This document shows positions 9,822 through 20,472 of a DNA stretch of 64,000 bases, piece after piece. Made by a program: the position numbers and the translations under genes. Position 1 is the first letter of the stretch. Every line of letters begins with the position of its first letter. The notes under the pieces were generated by a model. The model saw only the letters and a list, made by a program, of their open reading frames with translations. It made no database searches and was not told the DNA's origin. Origin of the DNA: Candidatus Zhuqueibacterota bacterium (GTDB lineage Bacteria; Zhuqueibacterota; Zhuqueibacteria; Oceanimicrobiales; Oceanimicrobiaceae); assembly GCA_029262035.1 (NCBI GenBank), contig JAJDAE010000296.1, positions 182 through 64,181 on the forward strand, in the 5' to 3' direction.

Positions 9822-11252
9822 TCAACCTGTAGTTTTTAAAGCCAAATTCTTTTCAAGAAAATCGCCAACGCGTAGAATCATTTCTTCATCAAATTGCTTG
9901 CCGATTATTTGCACACCAATGGGCAAGTTGTTCGAATCAAACCCGCAAGGCAAAGACATACCCGGTAATCCGGCCAAATTGACTGAGACCGTGTAGACAT
10001 CGGAAAGATACATCGCTAGCGGATCATCGGTTTTCTCATCCATCTTAAATGCAGTACTTGGCGTAGTTGGTGTAATTAAACAGTCGCATTGTTTAAATGC
10101 TTCTTCAAAGTCATTTTTTATAAGTGTGCGCACTTGTTGTCCCTTGCGATAATAAGCATCGTAATATCCCGAAGAGAGCACGTAAGTCCCCAACATAATT
10201 CTCCTTTTGACTTCATTGCCAAAACCCTCACTTCGGCTCCTGACGTACATATCCTCAAGTGATTCAACATTTTCAGCGCGATAGCCATAACGTGCACCAT
10301 CATAACGAGACAGATTTGATGAAGCTTCCGCAGTAGTCAAAATGTAATAGGCAGCTATTCCATACTCAGTATTTGGCAGTGAGACTTCTAAAATCTCAGC
10401 GCCGTTTTCTTCTAGAATTTTAATAGTGTTTTCAATCGACTCACGAATTTCAGAGTCGAGTCCTTCCGAAAAATATTCTTTCGGCAGGCCGATTTTTAGT
10501 CCTTTTATGTTTCCATCCAAAGCTTTGGAAAATTTTGGCACTGTGACCGGGGCTGAAGTTGAATCTCTTTTATCGTGACCGGCGATTACTTCGAGTAAAA
10601 TTGCGGCATCGTAAACAGTGTTGGTAATCGGTCCTATTTGGTCAAATGATGAGGCAAAGGCCACAAGCCCGTAACGTGAGACCCTGCCGTAAGTGGGCTT
10701 TAAGCCAACCACGCCACAAAATGAAGCCGGCTGTCGAATCGACCCGCCGGTATCGCTCCCCAAAGCAGCCATCGCCATTTCTGCCGCTACAGCAGTACAA
10801 GAACCACCGGATGAGCCGCCCGGCACTCTTGAATTATCAACAGGATTTTTAACCGGCCCAAAGTAGGAGTTTTCATTTGAGCTGCCCATGGCAAACTCAT
10901 CCATATTGGTTTTACCAATAATGAGAGCGTCTTCTGCCAGAAGCTTTTCTATCGCAGTTGCGTTATACGGCGAGACAAAATTTTCCAGAATTTTTGAACC
11001 ACAGGTGACTTGTGAATCCTTGATCGCCATGTTGTCTTTAACTGCGAGTACCAGGCCGGCCAGTTTGCCCGCTGTGCCATTTTCAAGCTTTTTGTCAATT
11101 TCAGCAGCCTTTATCAGGGCAGCCTCTTTGTCCACAAAAATAAAGGCGTTCAATTGAACGCCTTTTTCGATTTTATCTAAATACTGTTTGACTAAATTTT
11201 CGAAACTTGTTTCTTTATTTTCTAATTTCAGCCTAACGTTTTTGAAATTCAT
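9822..11252 (-). CDS. gatA: Glu-tRNA(Gln) amidotransferase subunit A
   Basis: Carries the amidase signature ([13 protein letters not shown]...[16 protein letters not shown]). The probable start is the ATG at 11252 ([10 protein letters not shown]). The track ORF begins at a TTG at 11276. Confidence 0.9.
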   Translation of the reverse strand: MNFKNVRLKLENKETSFENLVKQYLDKIEKGVQLNAFIFVDKEAALIKAAEIDKKLENGTAGKLAGLVLAVKDNMAIKDSQVTCGSKILENFVSPYNATAIEKLLAEDALIIGKTNMDEFAMGSSNENSYFGPVKNPVDNSRVPGGSSGGSCTAVAAEMAMAALGSDTGGSIRQPASFCGVVGLKPTYGRVSRYGLVAFASSFDQIGPITNTVYDAAILLEVIAGHDKRDSTSAPVTVPKFSKALDGNIKGLKIGLPKEYFSEGLDSEIRESIENTIKILEENGAEILEVSLPNTEYGIAAYYILTTAEASSNLSRYDGARYGYRAENVESLEDMYVRSRSEGFGNEVKRRIMLGTYVLSSGYYDAYYRKGQQVRTLIKNDFEEAFKQCDCLITPTTPSTAFKMDEKTDDPLAMYLSDVYTVSVNLAGLPGMSLPCGFDSNNLPIGVQIIGKQFDEEMILRVGDFLEKNLALKTTG

Positions 11253-11285
11253 CAACCTTCTGCTTCCCTCCTGCAACGTTCAGCT

Positions 11286-11474
11286 TCATTCTTTGTCTTT
11301 TTGATCTGCAGATTTAACCTGTGACGGTTCTTCAGACTCGGGTTCCTTCACTGATTTTTTAAATTCACGTAACCCTTTACCCAGACCTTTTGCTAATTCA
11401 GGAAATTTCTTCCCGCCGAATAAAAGCAAAACGACAAAAACGACAAGCATGAGTTCCCAATGTCCTAACCCCAT
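11286..11474 (-). CDS. tatA: Twin-arginine translocase TatA/E
   Basis: 62 aa with a transmembrane helix followed by an FGxKK amphipathic hinge ([25 protein letters not shown]). Confidence 0.8.
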   Translation of the reverse strand: MGLGHWELMLVVFVVLLLFGGKKFPELAKGLGKGLREFKKSVKEPESEEPSQVKSADQKDKE

Positions 11475-11477
11475 AAT

Positions 11478-11867
11478 TTAATTCTCCTTATTATTTTCTT
11501 TTTTGGGTTTGCCTGATGATTTAGCTTTAGTACTAGCTTTTTTGGGGGGTGTTTTTGAAGATTCAGACTTAACATTCTTTGCTTTTTTAGGTACTCCGGA
11601 AGACTTGGTATTTACTTTCCGTGGCTCAGTATTTATCACGCCATCCAGCTCACTCTTAATTTCGTCGACGTTTCCCTTTATTTGCTCATCAAACTCACTG
11701 CGGACATTTTGCATTTCAAGCTCATTTTTAAATTCATTCGTAGCACGCTTGAATTCACGCATTCCCTGCCCTAAACCACGCGCTAACTCCGGCAGTTTTT
11801 TTGACCCAAAAAGCATTAGTATCACTACAAAAATTACGATTAACTCAGGCATTCCTATGGAGCCCAT
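11478..11867 (-). CDS. Tat translocase TatA/TatB-family protein, the longer TatB-like paralog
   Basis: 129 aa. It has the same N-terminal transmembrane/hinge motif ([26 protein letters not shown]) and a long charged tail. A GGAGGTG RBS precedes it. Confidence 0.6.
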   Translation of the reverse strand: MGSIGMPELIVIFVVILMLFGSKKLPELARGLGQGMREFKRATNEFKNELEMQNVRSEFDEQIKGNVDEIKSELDGVINTEPRKVNTKSSGVPKKAKNVKSESSKTPPKKASTKAKSSGKPKKENNKEN

Positions 11868-11888
11868 TGGGCACCTCCAAACTTTAAA

Positions 11889-12149
11889 TTAATACCACCT
11901 AAGCATATAAATTGCTATGGCAACCCCAATAATCCCTGAAATTGTAACCCTGATTTTAAACCCAACCGTGAGGGCTAAAAAACCCAATTCCAGTGTTGCA
12001 GCACTAAAACCAAAATCTCCTGATCGGGTAAAAACTTCTTTTACCACGCCTTCGGGTAGAACCAAACTCAGAAGCTGTCCTAATAATGAGCCAATAATCG
12101 CACCCAAAGCTATCATCAAAATAATTTTACCGATAGGTTTTTTTGCCAT
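11889..12149 (-). CDS. Small membrane protein, DUF4321-like
   Basis: 86 aa with two hydrophobic helices. Its size and position resemble DUF4321 proteins. Confidence 0.35.
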   Translation of the reverse strand: MAKKPIGKIILMIALGAIIGSLLGQLLSLVLPEGVVKEVFTRSGDFGFSAATLELGFLALTVGFKIRVTISGIIGVAIAIYMLRWY

Positions 12150-12181
12150 CAGTCTTTTCCCCTTTTATCGTAAACTGTAAT

Positions 12182-12877
12182 TTAATTAGACTGAACCATA
12201 TTTAAAACAGACTGAAAAATTTTTGCACCATCAGCAGAAGTCAGTAACTCTTCATAGCTTCTATCCGGGTGCGGCATCATTCCCATTACGTTGCCTTCTG
12301 CATTCATAATGCCGGCAATGTTTTCTAAAGAGCCATTGGGATTGGCCTCGTCAGTCAACTCACCGGAATTGGAGCAATACCGAAAAAGCACCTGATTATT
12401 TTTGTTCAATCTGTCCAAGGTTTCCCGGTCAGTATAATAAAGGCCTTCCGCATGTGCTACGGGAATGTTGAGAACTTCATTTTCGGTGCAATCGTTTGTA
12501 AATGCCGAGTCGTGGTTTTCAACACGAAGATTCACAAATTTGCAGACAAAGCGCAAACTTTGATTACGCATCAGCGCACCGGGTAAAAGCCCGGCCTCAC
12601 ATAAAATCTGGAAACCATTGCAAATGCCTAAAACCAGCCCGCCATTATTTGCAAAGTCAATAACAGCGTTCATTACCGGCGAAAAACGAGCAATCGCTCC
12701 CGTGCGTAAGTAATCCCCATACGAAAATCCACCCGGCAGGACGATAATATCAAAACCTTTTAAATCAGCTTCTTTGTGCCATATAAATTCGACATTCTGG
12801 TTAAACACATGCTTTAAAACATGATAACAATCATGGTCACAATTAGAGCCCGGAAATATAATTACACCACATTTCAT
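12182..12877 (-). CDS. purQ: Phosphoribosylformylglycinamidine synthase subunit PurQ (glutaminase)
   Basis: 231 aa. Starts [16 protein letters not shown] and has the GICNGFQIL catalytic-Cys motif of class I glutamine amidotransferases. Confidence 0.85.
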   Translation of the reverse strand: MKCGVIIFPGSNCDHDCYHVLKHVFNQNVEFIWHKEADLKGFDIIVLPGGFSYGDYLRTGAIARFSPVMNAVIDFANNGGLVLGICNGFQILCEAGLLPGALMRNQSLRFVCKFVNLRVENHDSAFTNDCTENEVLNIPVAHAEGLYYTDRETLDRLNKNNQVLFRYCSNSGELTDEANPNGSLENIAGIMNAEGNVMGMMPHPDRSYEELLTSADGAKIFQSVLNMVQSN

Positions 12878-12889
12878 AAATTATCTCAT

Positions 12890-13141
12890 TTATTTTCCGG
12901 CTGATTGAATTTGTATTTCATAGTCTTCAATAACAGGATTTGCAAGAAGTTTCTTACAAGCCTCATCGCCCAATTCAAGCGCTTTTTCTTTAGAGACCGA
13001 ACCGAAATCTAACCGAATAAGTTTCCCCATCCTTACTTCTTCAATATTTTCAAGACCCAGGTTTTCTAATGCATGGTGAACAGTTTTGCCCTGAGGGTCC
13101 AAGATACCGCTTTTTAATGTAATATAAATTTCTGCTATCAT
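12890..13141 (-). CDS. purS: Phosphoribosylformylglycinamidine synthase subunit PurS
   Basis: 83 aa. The pattern MIAEIYITLKSGILDPQGKTV matches PurS. Confidence 0.8.
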   Translation of the reverse strand: MIAEIYITLKSGILDPQGKTVHHALENLGLENIEEVRMGKLIRLDFGSVSKEKALELGDEACKKLLANPVIEDYEIQIQSAGK

Positions 13142-13151
13142 TAACGATCCT

Positions 13152-13892
13152 TTAATATTCAGTTAAATCAAGGCTGTCTTCTTCGTCTTGGTTTTTATCG
13201 GAAGATAGAATTGAACGCAAAAAATAAAATACTACATAACTAAATGCTAATGGAAATAAACTTTTTTCCTGAAAGATGATCACGCTTCCAACACTTAATA
13301 ATAGGAGGACAAACAAGAATGTGTTCTTCTTGCTACCACCTAAAGAAAACTTTGGCATCGCCTGATACTCGCAATGGCTAACCATTAAAAAACTAAGGAA
13401 AAGAACTATCGGAATTAATATGGGGCCGAATCTAAGACCATCCCATAGGTCATAATTAAACATCACGTAGGTTGAAATTGTCCCAGCCATAGCCGGAATT
13501 GGTAGTCCGGAAAAATTTTCCTTTACGCCTTCATCTCCTTCAACATTTACATTGAATCGAGCAAGTCGAATTGCACCGAGCAGCAAAGGTATGAAACTTA
13601 AAATAATACCCGCAGCCCCAAGTTTATAAAAGTATACCTGGTAAATTAAAAAGGAAGGTGCAACGCCAAAAGAAACAACATCTGTAATTGAGTCGAATTG
13701 CTCCCCAAATTCACTATGTGTACCGGTAAACCTCGCTATTTTACCATCTAAAGCATCCCATACTGAAGCGATAAGGATGAACCATGCGGCTGTAACAAAT
13801 TTTCCTTGCACAGCATTTACCATCGAGAAAAACCCGAAAAACAAATTCAACATTGTAAAAATGCTTGGTACTATACTCTTATTATATTTCAT
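13152..13892 (-). CDS. pssA: CDP-diacylglycerol--serine O-phosphatidyltransferase (CDP-alcohol phosphatidyltransferase family)
   Basis: Shows the D-G-x2-A-R...G-x3-D-x3-D motif (WDALDGKIARFTG...FGEQFDSITD) and multiple transmembrane helices. Confidence 0.75.
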   Translation of the reverse strand: MKYNKSIVPSIFTMLNLFFGFFSMVNAVQGKFVTAAWFILIASVWDALDGKIARFTGTHSEFGEQFDSITDVVSFGVAPSFLIYQVYFYKLGAAGIILSFIPLLLGAIRLARFNVNVEGDEGVKENFSGLPIPAMAGTISTYVMFNYDLWDGLRFGPILIPIVLFLSFLMVSHCEYQAMPKFSLGGSKKNTFLFVLLLLSVGSVIIFQEKSLFPLAFSYVVFYFLRSILSSDKNQDEEDSLDLTEY

Positions 13893-14547
13893 CCTTAAAT
13901 ACTCCTATTATACTTTGCCCGCTCTTTACTTTTTGATTTAATTTCACGTTGATCTCAACTTCATCCGGAAGTAAAAGATCTATGCGTGAACCAAACTTTA
14001 TCAATCCAAATCTTTCGCCAATATTTACATTGTGGGCTTCACGTACATGGCAAACAATTCTTCTGGCAATTAAACCTGCTATTTGCTTAAACAAGAGTTT
14101 TCTTTTCCCATTCGTAATACCAATAATCGTTTGTTCGTTTACTTCAGAGGCAGAGCTGTGATAGGCATTCTTAAAAGATCCTTTTCTATATTTGAAATGA
14201 CTCACCGTACCCGAAATGGGTATTCGATTAACATGGACATCAAAAACATTCATAAAAATGCTAACCCGCGTCACTTTTTTATCGAAAAAATCAGCCTCAT
14301 ATTCTTCAATAATCTCAACTATCTTACCATCTGCAGGAGAAATAATATTAGCCTCTCCCTTCGGAAGTGGTCTATCGGGATCACGAAAAAAATTTAGAAC
14401 AAAAAGTGTAAAAACAACACTTGCGCCTGCCATAATTTTGAGATGCAAATAAGGACTAAGAAAGGCTCCAATTGTGAAAAAGAGTGCAGAGAACACCACA
14501 CCAAAAACAATACCTAAACCGTCGCGCGCCAACTTCCCTCCAAGCAT
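13882..14547 (-). CDS. psd: Phosphatidylserine decarboxylase, short form
   Basis: 221 aa. It has an FGSR(I) self-cleavage-site-like motif near the C-terminus. It overlaps pssA by 11 nt, consistent with a pssA-psd pair. Confidence 0.6.
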   Translation of the reverse strand: MLGGKLARDGLGIVFGVVFSALFFTIGAFLSPYLHLKIMAGASVVFTLFVLNFFRDPDRPLPKGEANIISPADGKIVEIIEEYEADFFDKKVTRVSIFMNVFDVHVNRIPISGTVSHFKYRKGSFKNAYHSSASEVNEQTIIGITNGKRKLLFKQIAGLIARRIVCHVREAHNVNIGERFGLIKFGSRIDLLLPDEVEINVKLNQKVKSGQSIIGVFKDEI

Positions 14548-14554
14548 TTTCTAA

Positions 14555-15277
14555 TTAATTGAATACTCTGCTGTGAACTTCTTTATAGGCCGCTTCGACA
14601 TTCCCGAGGTCTTGGCGGAATCTATCTTTATCCATTTTTTCGCCGGAAACAACATCCCAAAAACGACAGGTGTCAGGCGAGATTTCATCACCTAAACTTA
14701 TTTTCCCTAATTTGTTGCGGCCAAATTCCAGCTTAAAGTCAACCAATAACATATTGCGTCTGATGAAGTAAGATTTTAGGACAGCATTAATTTTTTGAGT
14801 AAAACGTTTAATTTGCTTTATTTCTTCTTCATTTGCATGCTCAAATGAAAGAATGTGATCCTCATTTATCAAAGGATCATGCTTCGCATCATCCTTTAAA
14901 TAAAACTCTAAAATCGGATGTTCCAACTCCTTGCCTTCCTTAACTCCATAGCGCTTTACAAGGCTGCCGGTTGCAATATTTCGCATTACGACCTCAACTG
15001 GAATCATATCTAACTTTTTGATAACCATTGAATTATCAGACATGTGCTTCACAAAATGGGTTGGCACATGGTAACTTTCAAGGTAACTAAAAAGTTGTCC
15101 GGAAATCTGATTATTGAGCACACCTTTCGCTTTTATCTTCCCCTTCTTTTTTCCGTCAAGAGCAGTTGCATCATCTTTGAATTCCTGAATATAGTAGTCC
15201 TCATTATCTGTTTCAAAAACGATTTTGGCTTTGCCTTCGTACAATTTCTGTTTCTTCTTCACACTTATTTCTTTCAA
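14555..15277 (-). CDS. purC: Phosphoribosylaminoimidazole-succinocarboxamide (SAICAR) synthase
   Basis: 240 aa. The sequence YEGKAKIVF...VPVEVVMRNIATGS...LVDFKLEFG matches the PurC family. Confidence 0.85.
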   Translation of the reverse strand: MKEISVKKKQKLYEGKAKIVFETDNEDYYIQEFKDDATALDGKKKGKIKAKGVLNNQISGQLFSYLESYHVPTHFVKHMSDNSMVIKKLDMIPVEVVMRNIATGSLVKRYGVKEGKELEHPILEFYLKDDAKHDPLINEDHILSFEHANEEEIKQIKRFTQKINAVLKSYFIRRNMLLVDFKLEFGRNKLGKISLGDEISPDTCRFWDVVSGEKMDKDRFRQDLGNVEAAYKEVHSRVFN

Positions 15278-15319
15278 TTATCTGCTCTCCTCTTTATTAA
15301 ACATCTGATTTGTCACTAA

Positions 15320-16615
15320 TTAGTCCAGACCAACTCTTTTAAATATTAGATTAACGTTACTTAAATTTTTCTTTAAATTAAAGCAATTTTCGATTTCTTC
15401 CTCTGTTAATAACTTTTTTATTTGCTCGCTTTCTTTTAAAATAGTTTTGAAGTCACCGCCTTTTTCCCAAACTTGCATGGCACATACCTGAACGTGTTGG
15501 TAGGAATCTTCGCGCGTGATTCCTTTCCTGGTTAATGCCAGTAAAAGAGATTGCGAAAAAACAAGCCCTCTGGTTTTCTCCAGATTCATCATCATGTTTT
15601 CTGGATAGACGATGAGATTGGTTACAATGTTGGTAAATTTGTTTAAAATATAATCCAATGCTATTGTACTATCCGGAATGATAATTCGTTCAACTGAGGA
15701 ATGAGTAATATCCCGTTCATGCCACAAGGTAATATTATCCATCGCTGAAACGGCGTTACTTTTGATGACGCGTGCAATTCCACACACTTGTTCGCTACTG
15801 ATCGGGTTTCTTTTATGTGGCATTGCCGAAGAGCCTTTTTGCCCTTTTGAAAAAAACTCCTCCACCTCAAGGATTTCTGTACGTTGCAGGTTTCGAATTT
15901 CCGTACCAAATTTTTCTAAAGAACTTGCGATTAGGGCCAGTGTGGTCATAAATTCTGCATGACGATCGCGTTGTATTATTTGGGTAGAAACCGGGGCTGG
16001 TTTCAAATCCAGCTTGTCACAGACATAAGCTTCTACTTCGGGTGAAATGTGAGAAAATGTCCCCACAGCGCCGGAAATTTTTCCAACTGAAATCGTCTCG
16101 ATGGCTCTTTCCAGGCGTTCAATGCTACGGCGTACTTCATCGTACCACAGCGCCATTTTTAAACCAAACGTTGAAGGCTCCGCGTGAATTCCGTGTGAAC
16201 GTCCAATGCACGGCGTATCTTTGTGCTCTTTGGCCCGTACGGCGATGGCTTCTTGCAGCTTTTTTAATCCATCCAGTAACATCAATCCAGCACGACGCAT
16301 CTGACTTGCCAGGGACGTATCCAAAAGATCAGAAGACGTCATTCCCAAATGAATAAAACGGCTATCTGTACCTACATATTCAGCAACGTTGGTTAAAAAA
16401 GCGATCACATCGTGTTTAACTGTTTTCTCGATTTCCAAAACTCGGCTTTTATCAAAGGCCGCTTTTTCTTTTATAACTTCTACCGCTTCAGCCGGAATTT
16501 CTCCGAGCTTAGCCAAGCCTTCACAAGCCAGGATTTCTACTTTGAGCCAGGTTTCAAATTTCGCCTCATCGCTCCAAAGCGCTGCCATCTCAGGGCGGGA
16601 ATATCTTTCAATCAA
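15320..16615 (-). CDS. purB: Adenylosuccinate lyase
   Basis: 431 aa. The N-terminus MIERYSRPEMAALWSDEAKFETWLKVE and the lyase class I fold match PurB. Confidence 0.9.
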   Translation of the reverse strand: MIERYSRPEMAALWSDEAKFETWLKVEILACEGLAKLGEIPAEAVEVIKEKAAFDKSRVLEIEKTVKHDVIAFLTNVAEYVGTDSRFIHLGMTSSDLLDTSLASQMRRAGLMLLDGLKKLQEAIAVRAKEHKDTPCIGRSHGIHAEPSTFGLKMALWYDEVRRSIERLERAIETISVGKISGAVGTFSHISPEVEAYVCDKLDLKPAPVSTQIIQRDRHAEFMTTLALIASSLEKFGTEIRNLQRTEILEVEEFFSKGQKGSSAMPHKRNPISSEQVCGIARVIKSNAVSAMDNITLWHERDITHSSVERIIIPDSTIALDYILNKFTNIVTNLIVYPENMMMNLEKTRGLVFSQSLLLALTRKGITREDSYQHVQVCAMQVWEKGGDFKTILKESEQIKKLLTEEEIENCFNLKKNLSNVNLIFKRVGLD

Positions 16616-16628
16616 CTTTTAGTTTTCC

Positions 16629-17816
16629 TTACTTTCTTTTGATTTCTTTTAGAATAAGAATAAAGTTTTGTGTTTTTTTATCTCGAATTACCGTCAAGTT
16701 TAGTTTATCTCCACCACGTAAATCAGAGTTATCAATAACCTTCCAGATATCATTTTCATTTTGAATTTTTTTTTCATTGATGGCTACTATTATATCGCCG
16801 CTCTCAATTTTCGCGAAATAAGCCGGACTGTCTTTTTCAACGTTGGTAACAATGACACCGTTATTTGCCTGTAGCCGAAAATAGCGTGCCACCATCGGTG
16901 GAATTTCTTCAACAGAAAGGCCGGTTGTCCAACGCCGATTCACTTCACCGTACTGCTTTAAATCTTTTAAAACCCGAATGATACGATTGCTGGGAATTGC
17001 AAAACCAAGTCCAATAGAACCGGTATTATAATCATTACCAGTATAAATAAATGTATTAATACCGATAACCTCACCCAAGCTGTTCAGCAGCGGACCGCCA
17101 CTATTCCCCTGGTTAATTGCTGCATCCGTTTGAATCATATCCTGATAAACGCGGTCATTGCGCTGACGCCCAAAGTCTCTGTCCACAGCGCTTACAACTC
17201 CAACAGTAACCGTTGGCTTTGCGTTAATTTCAAACAAGCCAAATGGGTTGCCCACGGCAATGACCCATTCACCGATGATAATATCATCCGAATCACCTAA
17301 CCTGACAAAAGGATAATCTTTATCACGTATTTTTATCAGGGCGATATCAGTAATATAATCAGAGCCAATCAGGTCAGCATTTTCTGTTGTGCCATCGGCC
17401 AAGGCCACTACTATCTCGGACGCATTATGCACAACATGCTCATTTGTCAAAATATAGCCATCGGCTGAAATAACAAATCCTGAGCCTAAGCTTTTGACTG
17501 CCTGCCGGGGAATCATTCCCGGGTAGAAGAAACGAAAAAATGGATCGTCAGAATATAAACTTCTTCGTGACTCGCGGATTTGAGTTACATTTATACCCAC
17601 AATTGCGTCATTTGCTTTTTCGATGGCCATTGTAATCGCATTTCTACGACTATTAGTAATGTCGTTATTACTTTGCTCCAGGTTCTGTGCCGAATGTGTC
17701 TGGGCATTGAGAGCATCCACATCCAGATTTTTCAAAGAAGAATCGTCTTCTCCGCTGCCACACCCAAAAACAAAATAAATAACCGCGAGACAAATAATAA
17801 GCTGCTTATAAGTCAT
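16629..17816 (-). CDS. Trypsin-like serine protease of the HtrA/DegP (S1C) family with a C-terminal PDZ domain
   Basis: Carries the catalytic-triad region (ILTNEHVV ... GNSGGPLLN) and a PDZ domain. It has a lipoprotein-like signal peptide with a Cys. Confidence 0.8.
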   Translation of the reverse strand: MTYKQLIICLAVIYFVFGCGSGEDDSSLKNLDVDALNAQTHSAQNLEQSNNDITNSRRNAITMAIEKANDAIVGINVTQIRESRRSLYSDDPFFRFFYPGMIPRQAVKSLGSGFVISADGYILTNEHVVHNASEIVVALADGTTENADLIGSDYITDIALIKIRDKDYPFVRLGDSDDIIIGEWVIAVGNPFGLFEINAKPTVTVGVVSAVDRDFGRQRNDRVYQDMIQTDAAINQGNSGGPLLNSLGEVIGINTFIYTGNDYNTGSIGLGFAIPSNRIIRVLKDLKQYGEVNRRWTTGLSVEEIPPMVARYFRLQANNGVIVTNVEKDSPAYFAKIESGDIIVAINEKKIQNENDIWKVIDNSDLRGGDKLNLTVIRDKKTQNFILILKEIKRK

Positions 17817-17839
17817 AATTTCTTACTCTCAAATAACCT

Positions 17840-18496
17840 TTAAACATGATCTTTAACTTTGTCCCAATCTGCAAGAAACTGTTTCAAACCGATATCAGTC
17901 AAAGGATGGTTAAACAATTGGTCGAAAACTTTATAAGGCATTGTTGAAATATCAGCGCCAATTAATGCAGCCTCGACAAGATGCAAAGGGTGCCGTAGAC
18001 TTGCTGCAAGAATTTCAGTTTCATAACCATAGTTGTCATAAATAATTCGGATATCACGGATAATATCCATCCCTACGCCACTGATGTCATCAACACGCCC
18101 AACAAACGGACTGATTAAAGTCGCACCGGCTTTCGCAGCCAGCCATGCCTGACTTGCGCTAAAGCACAAAGTTACGTTGGTTTTAATGCCTTCTGAGGAA
18201 AGTACCTTTACAGCTTTTAAGCCTTCCCGAATCATTGGGATTTTAATATAAACGTTTTCACTTATTTTGGCGAGTTCATGTGCTTCGTCAAGCATGCTTT
18301 TTGCATCAGTAGAAACTACTTCAGCGCTAACCGGCCCATCTACAATTTCACATATTTGTGCAATCATTTCCTTAAAAGTCCCGGCTCCTTTTTCTCTGGA
18401 AACCAAAGTGGGATTTGTTGTAACACCATCTAAAATCCCCATGCTGGCGGCTAGTTTAATTTCGTCAATGTTTGCAGTGTCTAAAAAGAACTTCAT
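17840..18496 (-). CDS. tal: Transaldolase of the fructose-6-phosphate aldolase/TalC short family
   Basis: 218 aa. Starts [13 protein letters not shown]...GVTTNPTL, as in short transaldolases. Confidence 0.8.
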   Translation of the reverse strand: MKFFLDTANIDEIKLAASMGILDGVTTNPTLVSREKGAGTFKEMIAQICEIVDGPVSAEVVSTDAKSMLDEAHELAKISENVYIKIPMIREGLKAVKVLSSEGIKTNVTLCFSASQAWLAAKAGATLISPFVGRVDDISGVGMDIIRDIRIIYDNYGYETEILAASLRHPLHLVEAALIGADISTMPYKVFDQLFNHPLTDIGLKQFLADWDKVKDHV

Positions 18497-18508
18497 AGTT
18501 ATACCTCG

Positions 18509-19237
18509 TTAATAATTAATTTTATATAGAAATAACCCGTGCGGTGGAACAGTATAACAGGCATTTTCCCGCTTACCGCTTTTCAAAATTTTTTGAATGT
18601 CTACGGGTTGCAATTTACCACGCCCAACCTCAATCATAGCGCCTACAATTATACGAACCATATTATGAAGGAACCGATTGGCTGAAATTTCCATCGTAAT
18701 TTCTTCATTCTCATCGTGCCATTCAATATATTTTACATCGCTCAGGTAATGTTTTTCTTTTTCATTATATTTTGAGAAGGCTGAAAAAACATGCGAGCCA
18801 ATCAAGTACTCAGAAGCTTGCTTCATTTTTTCCAAATCCAATTTGTACTTACAAAACCAGGAATACTTTCGCCCAATAGCTTTCATTCTCCGCGAAATAC
18901 AGTAGCGATATTCTCTGCTTTTAGCACTAAAACGAGCATGAAATTTATCACTTACTTCCTCTGCTGAAATCACCTGAATATCTTTCGGCAGGTAAAAATT
19001 CAGGCCGTTTTTTATCGAATCATCTGAAAGCGAACTAGCGGTTTTAAAGTTTGCGACCTGCCCAAGTGCGTGTACTCCCGAATCGGTCCGGCCTGCGCCA
19101 TAAATAGTTGGTGATTCCTGACTCAAACTCTGAAGGGATTTTATTAACTCACCCTGAATGGTGCGGTCTTCAAGTTGTTGTTGCCAACCGATAAAATCAG
19201 TACCGTCATATTCCATAACAAGTTTGATATTTCTCAT
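18509..19237 (-). CDS. truA: tRNA pseudouridine(38-40) synthase
   Basis: 242 aa. The catalytic Asp lies in the GAGRTDSGVHALGQV motif. Confidence 0.85.
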   Translation of the reverse strand: MRNIKLVMEYDGTDFIGWQQQLEDRTIQGELIKSLQSLSQESPTIYGAGRTDSGVHALGQVANFKTASSLSDDSIKNGLNFYLPKDIQVISAEEVSDKFHARFSAKSREYRYCISRRMKAIGRKYSWFCKYKLDLEKMKQASEYLIGSHVFSAFSKYNEKEKHYLSDVKYIEWHDENEEITMEISANRFLHNMVRIIVGAMIEVGRGKLQPVDIQKILKSGKRENACYTVPPHGLFLYKINY

Positions 19238-20037
19238 TAACTTGAAGCAGTGAGAAAAATTTGAAGTGTGAATAAGCTAACCGAAAGCCCTACGAGAAGA
19301 TGATCCCTTATCGCAAAATTTAACTTCCGATAAGATGAACGGCGGATACCCGCTAAATAATTTCTCGACTCCATTGCAATTGCGAGTTCTTCGGCTCTTT
19401 GGATGGATGATATTACAAGAGGTAAAATCATTGCTCCAATATTTCGCACTCTTTGTGTTAGTTTTACGTTAAGGGATATACCGCGCGAAAGTTGAGCGTT
19501 TTTCAACCTTTCCACTTCGGCAATAAGAATGGGTATAAAGCGCAACGTCAAAGTTAGCATTAAAACAAATTCCTGAACGGGCAATTTGATTTTCTTTAAC
19601 GGACTTAGAAGTTTTTCCAATCCGTCAGTCAGGTCAAGCGGCGAAGTAGTAAAAGTTAACAAACCGGTTAGTAAAATCAACAATGCAAACCTTGCAGAAA
19701 ACAATGTACCGTTTTCTAATCCTTCTTTTGAAATTGAGAAAATTTTAAAATCGAGTAAAACGACACCTTGCGTAAAAAAAGAGTGTATCATAAAAGTGAA
19801 TAGAACAAACCATAAAAATGGCTTCAAATTTTTTGTAAATACAGATAAAGGAATATTTGTAAAATAAATTCCTGAAAAAACCAATATCGAAAAAAGAATC
19901 AAAGAACCGGCTGTATTAACAGCCAGCAAAGCTGTCATTAAAAACAAACTTGCTATAATTTTACTCCTTGGGTCACAACGATGGACGATACTTTTACCAG
20001 TATAAAATTGTCCGAGTATTATATCTTTCAAGGCCAT
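19237..20037 (-). CDS. ecfT: Energy-coupling factor transporter transmembrane component (CbiQ/EcfT)
   Basis: 266 aa polytopic membrane protein. It has the conserved ARG-containing coupling-helix region (LKNAQLSRGI). Confidence 0.65.
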   Translation of the reverse strand: MALKDIILGQFYTGKSIVHRCDPRSKIIASLFLMTALLAVNTAGSLILFSILVFSGIYFTNIPLSVFTKNLKPFLWFVLFTFMIHSFFTQGVVLLDFKIFSISKEGLENGTLFSARFALLILLTGLLTFTTSPLDLTDGLEKLLSPLKKIKLPVQEFVLMLTLTLRFIPILIAEVERLKNAQLSRGISLNVKLTQRVRNIGAMILPLVISSIQRAEELAIAMESRNYLAGIRRSSYRKLNFAIRDHLLVGLSVSLFTLQIFLTASS

Positions 20038-20221
20038 AGTTTTTGAAGTAAAATCAGCAAGTAATATAAAACATTTCTTAAAAAAATCAAATGAAAAGAT
20101 AGCATTTATCTTTCCGGGAATTTATAGGCACTAAAAATTGTTTTAAAGAAAAACAGGAACTATTTAATCAATCGAATTTTTAATAAATTTAACATTATGG
20201 TGCTCAAACCAATATTTACTA

Positions 20222-20250
20222 TTGACTTTTTGTAAACATTAGGCTATACT
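20222..20250 (+). promoter_or_regulatory. Sigma70-type promoter (TTGACT-17 bp-TATACT) driving the CTD-protein operon
   Basis: Seen directly in the sequence: TTGACT at 20222-20227, a 17-nt spacer, and TATACT at 20245-20250. It lies about 220 nt upstream of the 20473 start. A second TTGACA-N17-TTAAAT motif sits at about 20370-20398. Confidence 0.45.
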
Positions 20251-20472
20251 TCGTGTAGCTTAAAAATCAGAACATTTATCTTCGTGTAATTCCTCGTAAT
20301 ATGGTCGAGGGAGTCCCCACCAACAAACCTTAAATTTGTTGTCACCACTGACGCATGTAATATATTAAGCTTGACAATGTAAATAACGATTGTTAAATTT
20401 TAGCCTTAACTTTTTGCATTCCAGTGAGCCAATCACAAGACCGATAACCTAAAATATTTTGTCTAAGATCCT

